Shown here one piece after another: positions 18,154 to 28,652 of a stretch of DNA of 62,170 nt. Both the position numbers and the translations under genes were made by a program. The stretch is from positions 1 through 62,170 of the forward strand of contig JAKFCT010000094.1 in NCBI GenBank assembly GCA_036676495.1, written 5' to 3'. Under the pieces are notes generated by a model. It was not told the DNA's origin and did not search any database. It worked only from the letters and a program-made list of their open reading frames with translations. Within the stretch, counting starts at the first letter, position 1; every line of letters starts with the position of its first letter. Source of the DNA: Candidatus Sericytochromatia bacterium. Its GTDB lineage: Bacteria; Cyanobacteriota; Sericytochromatia; S15B-MN24; UBA4093.

Positions 18154-21003
18154 ATGGCGACCTTTCATCCGCAAGATGGGCACTCGCTCGATACCGAGCT
18201 GAGCTTTTACCGGACGCTCTACCTCTCCATGCCGGAATTCGTCTGGATGAGGGACTTGCAAGGATGCTACCTCGCCGCCAACCCCTCCTATTGCACCTTC
18301 ATGGGACGCCCGGAGGCGGAGATCCTCGGGCAGTCCTGCGAGGAGCTCTTCCCGGAGGAAACCAGCGAGCGGCTGCTACGGCAGGATCGCGAGGTCGCGG
18401 AGGCGGCGCAGCCGCGTCAGTACGAGACCTGGATCGAGGGCGCGGGGGGGAATCGAATCCTTGCGGACATCGTCAAGGTGGGCGTACGCCGGGACGACGG
18501 CACGCCCATCGGCGTACTTGGGCTCGCGCGGGACGTCGCGGAGCGCCGGAGCGCCGAGGAGATCCTGCGCGCCAGCGAGGAGCGCTACCGCAGCTTCTTC
18601 GCGGACAGCCGGGCCGTCATGCTCCTCATCGACCCCCAGGATGGCCGGATCGTGGATGCCAACGACGCGGCATGCGCCTTCTACGGCTACGACGCCGCAC
18701 AGATCCGCCAGCTGCGCATCCGCGACATCAACATGCTCTCGCCCGAGGAAGTGGCCCACGAGATGCGGCGCGCGCGCGAGCAGTCCCGCGATCACTTCTA
18801 CTTCACGCATCGGCTCGCCGACGGGCGCATCCGGGACGTCGAGGTCCTCTCCGGGCCCCTGACGATTGGAAGCCAGACGCTGCTTTACTCCATCATCCAC
18901 GACATCACCGATCAGCGGCGCGCCGAGGCCCAGGTCGCCGCCTCCGAGGCCCACTATCGGAACGTCGTGAACCAGGTCCAAGACGTCATCTTCCAGACGG
19001 ACGAGAAGGGCCGTTGGACCTTCCTCAATCCCGCCTGGGAGCGCATCACGGGTTTCTCCCTCTCCGAGAGCCTCGGCAAGTCCTACCTGGACTTCATCCA
19101 CCCCGACGATCACGAGCTCGCAGGGACGATCTACGATCGGCTCTTCTCGGGCCAGGCGGAGACCCTCTCCCACGAGATCCGCCTGCTACACCGAGACGGC
19201 GGCCTCCGGGTCATCGAGGGTTCCGTGAGGGCCACTTCCGGCAGCGTCGGCAGCTCCGGCACCCTTCGCGACGTCACCGAGAAGCGCAGGGCCGAGGAGC
19301 AGCAACGCCTGGCGGCCAGCGTCTTCGACCATGCCCATGACGGGATCGTCATCACGGACCCCTGCGAACGCATCCTCGACGTCAACGACACGTTCTGCCA
19401 GTTGACGGGCTTCTCCCGCGAGGAGGTCCTGGGGAAGACCCCGCGCATCTTGAGCTCGGGCCGGCAGTCCCCAGAGTTCTACTCCCGCATGTGGGAGAGC
19501 CTCAGAAGCCATGGGCACTGGCAGGGCGAGATCTGGAACCGCCGGAAGAACGGCGAATCGTACGTCGAATGGCTGACCATCACCGCGGTGCTGACTCCCT
19601 CCGGCGAGATCAGTCACTACGTAGGCGTCTTTTCGGATATCACCCAGTCCAAGCGGCATGAGCAAGAACTCGACACGGTCGCCCACTACGATGCCTTGAC
19701 CGGGCTTCCCAACCGCAAGCTGCTTAACGATCGCGTCGCGGCCGCCCTGGATAAAGCCGCAGCATCCTCCAAGAAACTGGGAATCGCCTGCCTGGACCTC
19801 GATGAATTCCGGGCCATCAACGACAAGCTCGGACACCGGATCGGCGATCTCCTGTTAACGGCGATAGCGCAGCGCCTCACGGCCTGTCTGAGGCCCCAGG
19901 ACACCGCTGCTCGACTGGGCGGAGACGAGTTCGTCGTGCTGCTGGGCGAACTTGAATCCATCGATGAGGCCGAACATGCGCTCAAGCGCATCCTCGAAAC
20001 CATTTCCCAGTCGCTCCAGCTGGAAGGACACCCGATCGAGGTGAGCGCCAGCATCGGCTTCACCCTCTACCCGTCCGACGGAGACGACGTCGACACGCTC
20101 TTGCGCCATGCGGATCAGGCGATGTACCACGCCAAGGAACTGGGGCGCAATCGCTACCATCTCTTCGACCCGGAGCACGGGCGCCGCGTCCAGGTTCACC
20201 GGGACGTCCGGGTGCAAATCGAAGGCGCACTCGAGCGCAACGAGCTGGTCCTCTTCTACCAGCCCAAGGTCGACATGCGCACGGGGCGCGTGCTCGGCGC
20301 GGAGGCCCTGATCCGCTGGAACCACCCGGAGCGGGGGCTGCTGGGGCCGGGCGCCTTCCTGCCCCATATCGAGGACTCGGATCTGATCGTCAAAGTCGGC
20401 GCCTGGGTACTCGAGGAGGCCCTGCGCCAGATGGCGGACTGGCACCGAAACGGCCTGCACCTGCCGGTGAGCGTCAACGTCGCCCCGCGGCAGCTTCAAA
20501 CCCCGGACTTCTGCAAGCGGCTCGCTCAGTTGATGGCCACCTACCCGGACCTGCCGAGCAACATCCTACAATTGGAGGTGCTGGAATCGACCGCCCTCGA
20601 CGACATGAAGCGGATCGGCGAGATCATCCAGCAATGCCGGGAACTGGGGGTCACGGTGGCGCTCGACGACTTCGGCACCGGTTACTCCACGCTCACGTAC
20701 CTGAAGCGGATTCCCGCCGATCAGCTCAAGATCGACAAGTCCTTCGTGGGCGACATGCTGGGAGATCCGGAAGCCCAGGCCATCGTCGAGGCGGTGATCG
20801 GCCTGGCGGAAGCATTCAAGCGCACGGTGATCGCCGAAGGAGCCGAAACTCCGGAGCATTGCGCGATGCTCCTGCGCATGGGATGCGACGTAGCCCAAGG
20901 GTACGGCATCGCCAAACCCATGCCCTCGGCCGACGTGCCGGGCTGGGTCGCGGCCTTCAAGCCCCATCCCCTCTGGACGACGTCGTTCGCCGCCAGCGCC
21001 TAG
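18154..21003 (+). CDS. Multi-PAS GGDEF-EAL c-di-GMP enzyme
   Basis: Four PAS/PAC segments; RPQD I-site + GGDEF; EAL and DDFGTGYS intact. Confidence 0.93.
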   Translation: MATFHPQDGHSLDTELSFYRTLYLSMPEFVWMRDLQGCYLAANPSYCTFMGRPEAEILGQSCEELFPEETSERLLRQDREVAEAAQPRQYETWIEGAGGNRILADIVKVGVRRDDGTPIGVLGLARDVAERRSAEEILRASEERYRSFFADSRAVMLLIDPQDGRIVDANDAACAFYGYDAAQIRQLRIRDINMLSPEEVAHEMRRAREQSRDHFYFTHRLADGRIRDVEVLSGPLTIGSQTLLYSIIHDITDQRRAEAQVAASEAHYRNVVNQVQDVIFQTDEKGRWTFLNPAWERITGFSLSESLGKSYLDFIHPDDHELAGTIYDRLFSGQAETLSHEIRLLHRDGGLRVIEGSVRATSGSVGSSGTLRDVTEKRRAEEQQRLAASVFDHAHDGIVITDPCERILDVNDTFCQLTGFSREEVLGKTPRILSSGRQSPEFYSRMWESLRSHGHWQGEIWNRRKNGESYVEWLTITAVLTPSGEISHYVGVFSDITQSKRHEQELDTVAHYDALTGLPNRKLLNDRVAAALDKAAASSKKLGIACLDLDEFRAINDKLGHRIGDLLLTAIAQRLTACLRPQDTAARLGGDEFVVLLGELESIDEAEHALKRILETISQSLQLEGHPIEVSASIGFTLYPSDGDDVDTLLRHADQAMYHAKELGRNRYHLFDPEHGRRVQVHRDVRVQIEGALERNELVLFYQPKVDMRTGRVLGAEALIRWNHPERGLLGPGAFLPHIEDSDLIVKVGAWVLEEALRQMADWHRNGLHLPVSVNVAPRQLQTPDFCKRLAQLMATYPDLPSNILQLEVLESTALDDMKRIGEIIQQCRELGVTVALDDFGTGYSTLTYLKRIPADQLKIDKSFVGDMLGDPEAQAIVEAVIGLAEAFKRTVIAEGAETPEHCAMLLRMGCDVAQGYGIAKPMPSADVPGWVAAFKPHPLWTTSFAASA

Positions 21004-21021
21004 CCGCTGAAGCCGCAAGCC

Positions 21022-21058
21022 GCTGCGGGGCCCCCCGGAATTCGGGGGGCCCCGCAGC
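21022..21058 (+). terminator. GC-rich hairpin
   Basis: 15-bp stem right after the stop codon; weak U tract. Confidence 0.55.
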
Positions 21059-21149
21059 CTTGGGCGATTTAGCGTTTCCACGCAAGTTTCGGGGCCTCCG
21101 GGCGGACTAGATTATTAAGATCTGATGCGAGCTGTTTTAAAGGACGGTT

Positions 21150-21749
21150 ATGAATATGCAACGCGGGTGGGCCTGGGGAGTCGGGGCGCTGCTGGCGCTC
21201 ACCGTGACGGGATGCGGAGTCGCGGGAAGCTTCGTGATTCCCGAGGGACAGGCCCCGGGGGGGCAAGCCGAGGGCTCGGGACTGTTCTCGCCCAAGCTTC
21301 CGGCGAACCGGGTGCTCACGGCCGACGAGCGTCAAGGGGATTTCGATCGCTTCATGGCAGTGGCGACGGGCGATGCCCGGCGCTGGAGCGCCAAGGCCGT
21401 GCTGACGGGCGCGCAGGCCACGAGCGTGGACGCCACGGGCGGCAAGGCCGGAGGAACGACCTACGTCTACAATTTCGCCTCGGGCAAGGACGGGCTGGCC
21501 GTGACGATCACCGCCAACGCCGTGACCTTCGCGAAGGCCAAGGCCGGAGTGCCGCTTGAATCCGGCACCCTGATCAGCGGCGCGCGCGCCATGGAAGCCG
21601 CCCTCGCTGTCGGCACGTTCTCCAGCGAGGGCTACGTGCTGCTGCTGGGCACGGCGCCAACGGGCCCCGTCTACGTGGTCCGCGAGTTCAAGCGGGAGGG
21701 TGCCGCCTCCGTGACGATCGACGCCCGCACGGGCCAGGCCTACCGGTAA
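21150..21749 (+). CDS. Hypothetical lipoprotein
   Basis: Lipobox VTGC; host-like codon usage; ends 10 nt before the subtilase. Confidence 0.7.
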   Translation: MNMQRGWAWGVGALLALTVTGCGVAGSFVIPEGQAPGGQAEGSGLFSPKLPANRVLTADERQGDFDRFMAVATGDARRWSAKAVLTGAQATSVDATGGKAGGTTYVYNFASGKDGLAVTITANAVTFAKAKAGVPLESGTLISGARAMEAALAVGTFSSEGYVLLLGTAPTGPVYVVREFKREGAASVTIDARTGQAYR

Positions 21750-21759
21750 GGAGTTTCCG

Positions 21760-23133
21760 ATGAGAGCATTCCACCTCCCGCTCGCCCTCGTGCTCGCCGG
21801 CTCCTTGGCCGGTTGCGGCCTCCAGACGGCAACGACCCCCGGCATGACGGCCGACGCCACGACCTCCATGTCCGCGGCCCGCAAGGCCGGACAGGTGGAG
21901 GGCGACGCCGTGATCGTGAAGGTGAAGCGCACCGGGGACGCCGAGGCGATCGCCCGCGAGCACGGCCTCCAGGTCACCCGCAACATCCCCTCGCTGGGCA
22001 TTGCCGAGCTGCGCGCCGCCAACGCCGGAGCCGGCTGGCTGGACCGCAAGCTCCATGAGCTCTCCAAGGATTCCCGCGTCGCCTTCGCCGAGCCCAACCT
22101 GGCCATCAAGCTGAAGAACACGCGGTCCGCCAGCCTGCCGGACGGAACCGCGACCGAGGGCCCGAACGATCCCTTGCGGAAGTTCCAGTACAGCCTCGAC
22201 GCGATGAACGTCCCCGAAGCCTGGAAGACCACCCAGGGCAATCGCCAGATCGTGGTGGCCGTGATCGACTCGGGCGTGGACGCCGGCCACAAGGACCTCA
22301 AGGCCAACCTCACCTCCAACGGCTACGACGCCTACCACAGCCGGCAAGGCACCAAGTACGCCGATACCAACACCGTGAGCCGCTTCGGGGGGCCCTTCAC
22401 CTCCTTCGGCCACGGCACGCACGTGGCCGGCATCATCGGAGCGGTCGGCGGCAACAACCGCGGCATCGTGGGCGTGGCCCCCAACTGCACGATCATGCCG
22501 ATCAAGATCTTCCCCAGCCTCGTCGACTCCCTTCGCAAGAAGCCGACGGGCGGCGAGGATACGTCGGCCATCATCGCGAGCGCCGTCGCCGAAGGCATCG
22601 CCTACGCCGCCGACCACGGCGCGAGCGTCATCAACATGAGCCTCGGCTTCCCCTACGAGAGCCAGGCCTTGTCCGCCGCTGTGGACTACGCGCTAGCGAA
22701 GGGCGTCACCGTCCTGGTCGCGGCCGGCAACGAGCGGATGGAAGGCAGCCCGGTCAATACCCTGGCCAACCTCCCGGGCGTGATCGGCGTCGGGGCGACG
22801 GACGAAGACGACAAGGTCACCTTCTTCTCGAACAAGGGCAAGTACGTCTCGGTTTCCGCGCCCGGCTGGCGCATCATGTCGACCATGCCGAGCGTCTTCA
22901 ACGGCCTGATCTCCGAGCCGTACCAGTACATGGACGGGACCAGCATGGCCTGCCCGAACGCCGCCGGCGTCGCGGCCCTGATCAAGAGCGTGAACCCCGC
23001 GCTCACGCCCGCCCAGGTCAAGGAGATCCTCGAGAAGTCCGCGGACGATCGCGGTCCCCAGGGCTTCGACGAGAACTACGGCCACGGCCGGGTCAACGCG
23101 GCCCGCGCCGTCGCGATGGCCGCCAAGCGCTAA
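21760..23133 (+). CDS. S8 subtilisin-like serine peptidase, lipoprotein
   Basis: LAGC lipobox; VIDSG, HGTHVAG, AAGN, GTSMACP. Confidence 0.93.
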   Translation: MRAFHLPLALVLAGSLAGCGLQTATTPGMTADATTSMSAARKAGQVEGDAVIVKVKRTGDAEAIAREHGLQVTRNIPSLGIAELRAANAGAGWLDRKLHELSKDSRVAFAEPNLAIKLKNTRSASLPDGTATEGPNDPLRKFQYSLDAMNVPEAWKTTQGNRQIVVAVIDSGVDAGHKDLKANLTSNGYDAYHSRQGTKYADTNTVSRFGGPFTSFGHGTHVAGIIGAVGGNNRGIVGVAPNCTIMPIKIFPSLVDSLRKKPTGGEDTSAIIASAVAEGIAYAADHGASVINMSLGFPYESQALSAAVDYALAKGVTVLVAAGNERMEGSPVNTLANLPGVIGVGATDEDDKVTFFSNKGKYVSVSAPGWRIMSTMPSVFNGLISEPYQYMDGTSMACPNAAGVAALIKSVNPALTPAQVKEILEKSADDRGPQGFDENYGHGRVNAARAVAMAAKR

Positions 23134-23147
23134 TCAAGCCCTCCATT

Positions 23148-23187
23148 CAAGCCCCAGGGCCCGGTCATTGCCGGGCCCTGGGGCTTG
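23148..23187 (+). terminator. Hairpin terminator
   Basis: 17-bp perfect stem caagccccagggcccgg. Confidence 0.6.
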
Positions 23188-23240
23188 TCAGACTCCGGAG
23201 ATTCGGCTAATATCTAATTAGATAAACACCTAATTAGATA
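23185..23240 (+). promoter_or_regulatory. Promoter with palindromic operator (candidate ArsR/SdpR site)
   Basis: TTGTCA-N17-TAATAT; tatctaattag-N8-ctaattagata at 23211-23240 overlapping the -10. Confidence 0.65.
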
Positions 23241-23270
23241 GTCACCGAACCCTTTGGCAAGGAGTCCCCC

Positions 23271-24149
23271 ATGGCCCGATCCGCCGATCTCAAGACCGCA
23301 TTTCGTTACGTCGCGGTCGTCTTCGTCCTCACCTTCGCGCTCGATGCCGTCGTTTACCTCAAGGGCGGCCTGTCGAACCCGCGCATGTTCCAGATCCTGG
23401 TCGGCGCCCAGATGCTGATCCCGGCGCTGATCGCCGTGATCTTCCGGGCTTTCGGCAAGGAGGGCTTCAGGCAGACGGGCCTCGCCCTCGGCAAGAAGCG
23501 CTACTACCTTTACGGCATCGGCGTGATGCTGGGATTCCTGGGTCTCAGTTTCGGCCTCTCGGCCCTGACTCCTTGGCTCACGCTGGATGGCAGCCTAAGC
23601 AAGTTCCAGGAGATGATGAGCCTCCTGACCGAGCAGACGGGGAAAGCCGCGCCGTTCAGCACGGAGACGTTCGCGGCCCTGATGGCCTTGCAGGTGGTGT
23701 TTCTCGGAGCGATCCTGGGTTTGCCGGCCTACTGGGGCGAAGAGTACGGCTGGCGCGGATACTTGCTTCCCAAGCTCATGGGCCTGGGCAAGGCCCGCGC
23801 CATCGCCCTGCATGGCGTCATCTGGGGACTCTGGCATGCCCCGGTCATCGCCATGGGCTACAACTACCCCGGCCACCCGGTGGCGGGCATCCTCGGCATG
23901 ACGGTTTTCTGCGTCCTGATGGGCGCGGTCTTCGCATGGCTCTACTATGCTTCGGGCAGCATCTTCGTGCCCTGCCTGGCGCACGGAGTCATCAACCAAG
24001 GAGCGACCTACCTCTTCATGTTCGTCTCGGGCCACCACGCCTTGCTGGGCGGTCCGCTCGGCCTGATCGGCTTCGCCGTCCTGGCCACGCTCGTCGGACT
24101 GCTCGTCCGGGTCAAGGCCTTCGACGTGGTCGGCCAGCCGCTACGTTAG
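23271..24149 (+). CDS. CPBP (CAAX/Abi) intramembrane metalloprotease
   Basis: GEEYGWRG, WGLWH, LAHG motifs; multiple TMs. Confidence 0.9.
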   Translation: MARSADLKTAFRYVAVVFVLTFALDAVVYLKGGLSNPRMFQILVGAQMLIPALIAVIFRAFGKEGFRQTGLALGKKRYYLYGIGVMLGFLGLSFGLSALTPWLTLDGSLSKFQEMMSLLTEQTGKAAPFSTETFAALMALQVVFLGAILGLPAYWGEEYGWRGYLLPKLMGLGKARAIALHGVIWGLWHAPVIAMGYNYPGHPVAGILGMTVFCVLMGAVFAWLYYASGSIFVPCLAHGVINQGATYLFMFVSGHHALLGGPLGLIGFAVLATLVGLLVRVKAFDVVGQPLR

Positions 24150-24164
24150 GAAAAGGAGGACGTG

Positions 24165-24455
24165 ATGGCGCTCAACGAGGTCTTCAAGGCGATCGCCGAC
24201 CCCAACCGGCGCGAGATCCTGACCCTGCTGCGGCAACACCCCCGGACCGCCGGAGAGCTGGCGGAGCGCTTCGACCTGACGAAGCCCACCGTCTCCCACC
24301 ATCTCAATCAACTCAAGGACGCCGACCTCATCTACGGCGTGCGGGACGGGACCCGCATCACCTACCACCTCAACCTCACGGTCTTCGAGGAGCTGGTGGC
24401 CTCCCTGCTCAGTCTCTGGAAAGGAGAGCAAGATGCGCCTGACGGTCAAAAGTGA
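24165..24455 (+). CDS. ArsR family repressor, SdpR-like
   Basis: FKAIADPNRREIL..TAGELAERFDLTKPTVSHHL; YHLNLTVFEE; adjacent to SdpI-like gene. Confidence 0.88.
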   Translation: MALNEVFKAIADPNRREILTLLRQHPRTAGELAERFDLTKPTVSHHLNQLKDADLIYGVRDGTRITYHLNLTVFEELVASLLSLWKGEQDAPDGQK

Positions 24456-25086
24456 AATCCTGCCGGTGCTCTTCGTGCTCGCGACCTGGGGGGTCGCCGT
24501 CGGGTTCTGGTCCCAGCTTCCCGATCCGATGCCGACCCACTGGGGCCTCGACGGCCAGCCCGACGCCTGGATGCCCCGGTTCTGGGGAGCCCTCGTCGGC
24601 CCTCTGACGGCGACGTTCGTCTACGTGATGATGACCCTCAGCCCCTACCTCGATCCGCGTTCCCGCAACTGGGCCGCGATCGCCGACCTTTATCCGACGC
24701 TCAAGGCCAGTGTCAGCGCGCTGATGCTCTTCATCACCTACCTGGCCCTCTCGACGGCCGCCTCCCCGGATCCCAGGCTCCCCGCCGGCCGGCTCATGGT
24801 GGGGATCGGCCTGCTCTTCATCGTCCTGGGCAATTACCTCCCCAAGGTGCGCTCGAACTTCTTTTTGGGAATTCGCACGCCCTGGACGCTGTCCAGCGAC
24901 GAGGTCTGGGTCCGGACCCATCGGTTCGCCGGCAAGCTGATGGTTTTCCTCGGACTCGCCATCATGCTCGCCGCATGGTTGCCGCCCGCCTGGAGCTTCG
25001 GCGTGGTCGTGGGATCGGCAATCTGCTTGGTGGTCGTGACCTTCGGCTACTCGTACTGGCTGTATCGCCGGGAGACGCGGGGCTAA
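24433..25086 (+). CDS. SdpI/DUF1648 family immunity membrane protein
   Basis: LPDPMPTHW..GQPD; GNYLPKVRSNFFLGIRTPWTLSSDEVWVRTHR. Confidence 0.9.
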   Translation: MRLTVKSEILPVLFVLATWGVAVGFWSQLPDPMPTHWGLDGQPDAWMPRFWGALVGPLTATFVYVMMTLSPYLDPRSRNWAAIADLYPTLKASVSALMLFITYLALSTAASPDPRLPAGRLMVGIGLLFIVLGNYLPKVRSNFFLGIRTPWTLSSDEVWVRTHRFAGKLMVFLGLAIMLAAWLPPAWSFGVVVGSAICLVVVTFGYSYWLYRRETRG

Positions 25087-25259
25087 TCCCCCGTCGGAAC
25101 GGGCTGCCGCGGGCCGGGATCCTCGACGATGCTGACGTGGTTGGGGTTCATGGTGCAAAGGTAGATCAGCTTCCCGGGCCCCGCCGCGAAACGCAGCCGG
25201 GACTTCAGCATCATCGGAGAGTCGCACTTCGAGCAGCTCACGGTCATGACGGGCCTCAT
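25083..25259 (-). CDS. Small putative zinc-ribbon protein
   Basis: CSKC...CTMNPNH pattern; GC-ending codons; start uncertain. Confidence 0.5.
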   Translation of the reverse strand: MRPVMTVSCSKCDSPMMLKSRLRFAAGPGKLIYLCTMNPNHVSIVEDPGPRQPVPTGD

Positions 25260-25432
25260 CGGGTTCTTCGAAAAAGGTGCTTGCCCGTCTAGCATGCAAT
25301 CCGCTGAGATTGCGCCGTGTATCTCGCCGCACAGCCCGCATGTGAGCCTGGTCACACGTACCCAAAGCAAGCGGCCTGCCGGATCCGGCAGGCCTCGAAT
25401 GCTGTCGCGGGCTTGCGCCCGCGGCGATGAGG

Positions 25433-25891
25433 TTAAACGTTGCGGGCGGCCTTGACGGCCGCGACCGCCAGCTGGTCGACGCGGTCGTTGTACACGTTGC
25501 CGGCATGGCCCTTGACCCAGGTCCAGCTCACGCGATGCTGCTGCACGGCCCGATCGAGGCGTTCCCAGAGTTCCCGGTTCGCCACGGGCTCTTTCTTGGA
25601 GTTCACCCAGCCGTTTCGCTTCCAGCCTTTGACCCAGCTCGTGATGCCATCGATCACGTACTTGGAGTCACAGAACATCATGATCTCCACGCCGGGCTTG
25701 GAGAGGGCCTCCAGGGCCATGATGGCGGCAAGCAGCTCCTGGCGCTGGTTGGTCGTGTTGGGATCCACCGGAGAGACCAGCTCGCGCTCCTTGACGAGGG
25801 TCGCCCCCTCGTAGGCCAGGAGGAGGGCGGCCGCGGCTCCGGGGCCGGGATTTCCGGAGCAGGCTCCGTCACAATAGGCTTCGATTCGCAT
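25433..25891 (-). CDS. rnhA: Ribonuclease HI
   Basis: DGACSGNPGPG, TTNQRQEL, DSKYV, WVKGHAG..NDRVDQLA. Confidence 0.95.
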   Translation of the reverse strand: MRIEAYCDGACSGNPGPGAAAALLLAYEGATLVKERELVSPVDPNTTNQRQELLAAIMALEALSKPGVEIMMFCDSKYVIDGITSWVKGWKRNGWVNSKKEPVANRELWERLDRAVQQHRVSWTWVKGHAGNVYNDRVDQLAVAAVKAARNV

Positions 25892-25988
25892 GGCGCCTAT
25901 CATAGCACAAGCGTGCGTTGAAGCACGCGTGGTAGAATCGAAGGGCGCGATCGCGCCTCAGAATCCCCCTTTACCCAGAGAGGACCGC

Positions 25989-28652
25989 ATGGAGACGAAG
26001 CCCACGACGGAGAAATCGACGCTTTCAATGGCCACCGCCTACGAGCCGCAGCGGGTCGAAGATACCTGGATCGACCGCTGGCAGGAGCTCAAAGTCTACG
26101 CCATGGACCTCGATCAGAGCAAGAAGCCCTTCTCGATGGTCTTGCCTCCGCCCAACGTCACCGGCAACCTCCACCTCGGCCATGCCACCAACGGCACCAT
26201 CCAGGACGTGCTCGCCCGCGCCAAGCGGATGCAGGGCTTCGGAGTCCTCTGGCAGCCCGGCACGGATCACGCCGGCATCGCCACCCAGAACGTCGTCGAG
26301 CGCAAGCTCCGCACCGAAGAAGGCAAGACCCGCCACGACCTCGGCCGGGAGGCCTTCATCTCCAAGGTCTGGGAGTGGAAGGAGCATTACGGCAACACCA
26401 TCATCCACCAGTTCAAGCGCCTGGGCACCACCATGGACTTCGACCGCTGGCGCTTCACCATGGACGAGGGCTACACCCAGGCCATCCGCGTGGCCTTCGT
26501 GCACCTCTACGAAAAAGGCCTGATCTACCGCGGCAACCGCATCATCAACTGGTGCCCCCGCTGCATGACCTCGCTTTCCGACCTCGAGGTGGTCCACAAG
26601 CAATCGGACTCGACGCTCTACCACGTCCAGTACCCGCTGGCCGACGGCTCGGGCTCCATCACCATCGCGACCGTCCGCCCCGAGACCATCGTGGGCGACG
26701 TGGCGATCGCCGTCCACCCCGAGGACGACCGCTACCGCGCCTTCATCGGCAAGCAGGTGCGCGTCCCCATGACCGACCGCACGGTGCCCGTGATCGCCGA
26801 TGGGGCCGTCGAGCGCGAGTTCGGCACCGGCGCCCTCAAGATCACCCCCGCCCACGACATGACCGACTACGAGATCGGCCAGCGCCACGGCCTGCCCACC
26901 CTCGACGTCCTCACCCCCGAAGGCTTCATGAACGACCTCGCCGGCGAGCGCCTCGCCGGTCTCGACCGCTTCGAAGCCCGCAAGGTCGCCGTCCTGGACC
27001 TCAAGACCGACGGCGTGCTCCTCAAGGAAGAGGACTACACCAACAACGTCAGCCATTGCGATCGCTGCGGCACGGTCGTCGAGCCCCGCCTCTCCGACCA
27101 GTGGTTCGTCAAGATGGAGCCCCTGGCCGGTCCCGCCATTCAGGTGGTCGAGGACGGCAAGATCGACTTCCACCCCGACCGCTGGAGGGGCGTCTACCTC
27201 GACTGGCTCCGCAACATCAAGGACTGGTGCATCTCGCGCCAGCTCTGGTGGGGACACCGGATCCCGGTCTGGACCTGTGAGGACGGCCACCAGACCGCCT
27301 CGGTCACCGATCTGTCGACTTGCCCCACGTGCCAAAAGCCCGCCGAGCAGGATCCCGACGTCCTCGACACCTGGTTCAGCTCCGCGCTCTGGCCCTTCGC
27401 GACCCTTGGCTGGCCTGAGAAGACCCCGGAGTTCGACTACTTCTATCCCACCAACGTGCTCTCGACCGCTCGCGACATCCTCTACCTCTGGGTGGCCCGC
27501 ATGGTCTTCAGCTCGGAGGAGTTCCTCGATGAGATCCCCTTCCAGCACGTGGTGATCCACGCGACCATCCTGGACGCCAAGGGGCAGCGCATGTCCAAGT
27601 CCAAGGGCACCGGCGTGGATCCGCTCGACATGATCGCCAAGTACGGCGCGGATGCCTGCCGCTTCTGGTTCGCCGGCGCGGGCACGTCCAGCCAGGACGT
27701 GCGCTTCAGCGAGGAGAAGCTGGAGGCGGGCCGGAACTTCGCCAACAAGCTCTGGAACGTCAGCCGCTTCGCCCTCATGAACCTTCCCGAGGGTGACCAG
27801 GCCCAGGCGGGAGCGCTGACGCTGGCGGATCGCTGGATCCTCTCGCGCCTCCACCGGACCATCCAGACCGTCACCGAGGCCATCGACTCGTTCACCATGT
27901 CCCAGGCGACCGACGCCCTTTACGAGTTCATCTGGGGCGAGTTCGCCGACTGGTACATCGAGCTGGCGAAGTCCCGCATGCAGCAAGGAGACGAAACCGT
28001 CCGCGCCGTCCTGCGCGAGGTGCTCTACTCCACCCTGCGCCTGATGCACCCCTTCATGCCGTTCGTGACCGAGGAAATCCACTCCACCCTGGTGGAGCGT
28101 GGGCTCGTCCCGACGCATGAAACGCTGCTTCAGACCGCGTGGCCCGTGGCGGACGCCTCCAAGATCGACGAGGCGGTCGAAGCCGAGATGGCCGCCATCA
28201 TGGAGGCCGTGCGCGCGGTCCGCAACATGCGCGCCGAACTGGGCATCGAGCCTGCCAAGCGCGCGGAGCGCCTGGTCATCCAGGCCTCGGCGGCGTCCGC
28301 GGAGCTCTACCGCAAGGGAGCGCCCTACCTCGCGCACCTGACCCGCACCGAGGCCGTGGAGGTGACCACCGAGGCCCAGGAGATCCCGCTCGCCGCCTCG
28401 GGCGTGGCGGGAGACGCCACCCTGCTGCTGCCGCTGGCGGGGCTGTTGGACATCTCCAAGGAAGTCGAGCGCCTTCGCAAGGAGGAAGCCAAGCTCCAGG
28501 GCGAGCGCGAGAAGCTGGCCGCCCAGCTCTCCAACGACGCCTTCCTCGCCAAGGCTCCCGAGCAGGTGGTCGCGAAGCTTCGGACCCGTCAGGGCGAGGT
28601 CGCGCAGGCCCTCCAGACGGTGGCCGGCCAGATCCAGCGCTGGCAGTCCTAG
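25989..28652 (+). CDS. valS: Valine--tRNA ligase
   Basis: PPPNVTGNLHLGH, DWCISRQLWWGH, RMSKS, C-terminal coiled coil. Confidence 0.98.
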   Translation: METKPTTEKSTLSMATAYEPQRVEDTWIDRWQELKVYAMDLDQSKKPFSMVLPPPNVTGNLHLGHATNGTIQDVLARAKRMQGFGVLWQPGTDHAGIATQNVVERKLRTEEGKTRHDLGREAFISKVWEWKEHYGNTIIHQFKRLGTTMDFDRWRFTMDEGYTQAIRVAFVHLYEKGLIYRGNRIINWCPRCMTSLSDLEVVHKQSDSTLYHVQYPLADGSGSITIATVRPETIVGDVAIAVHPEDDRYRAFIGKQVRVPMTDRTVPVIADGAVEREFGTGALKITPAHDMTDYEIGQRHGLPTLDVLTPEGFMNDLAGERLAGLDRFEARKVAVLDLKTDGVLLKEEDYTNNVSHCDRCGTVVEPRLSDQWFVKMEPLAGPAIQVVEDGKIDFHPDRWRGVYLDWLRNIKDWCISRQLWWGHRIPVWTCEDGHQTASVTDLSTCPTCQKPAEQDPDVLDTWFSSALWPFATLGWPEKTPEFDYFYPTNVLSTARDILYLWVARMVFSSEEFLDEIPFQHVVIHATILDAKGQRMSKSKGTGVDPLDMIAKYGADACRFWFAGAGTSSQDVRFSEEKLEAGRNFANKLWNVSRFALMNLPEGDQAQAGALTLADRWILSRLHRTIQTVTEAIDSFTMSQATDALYEFIWGEFADWYIELAKSRMQQGDETVRAVLREVLYSTLRLMHPFMPFVTEEIHSTLVERGLVPTHETLLQTAWPVADASKIDEAVEAEMAAIMEAVRAVRNMRAELGIEPAKRAERLVIQASAASAELYRKGAPYLAHLTRTEAVEVTTEAQEIPLAASGVAGDATLLLPLAGLLDISKEVERLRKEEAKLQGEREKLAAQLSNDAFLAKAPEQVVAKLRTRQGEVAQALQTVAGQIQRWQS

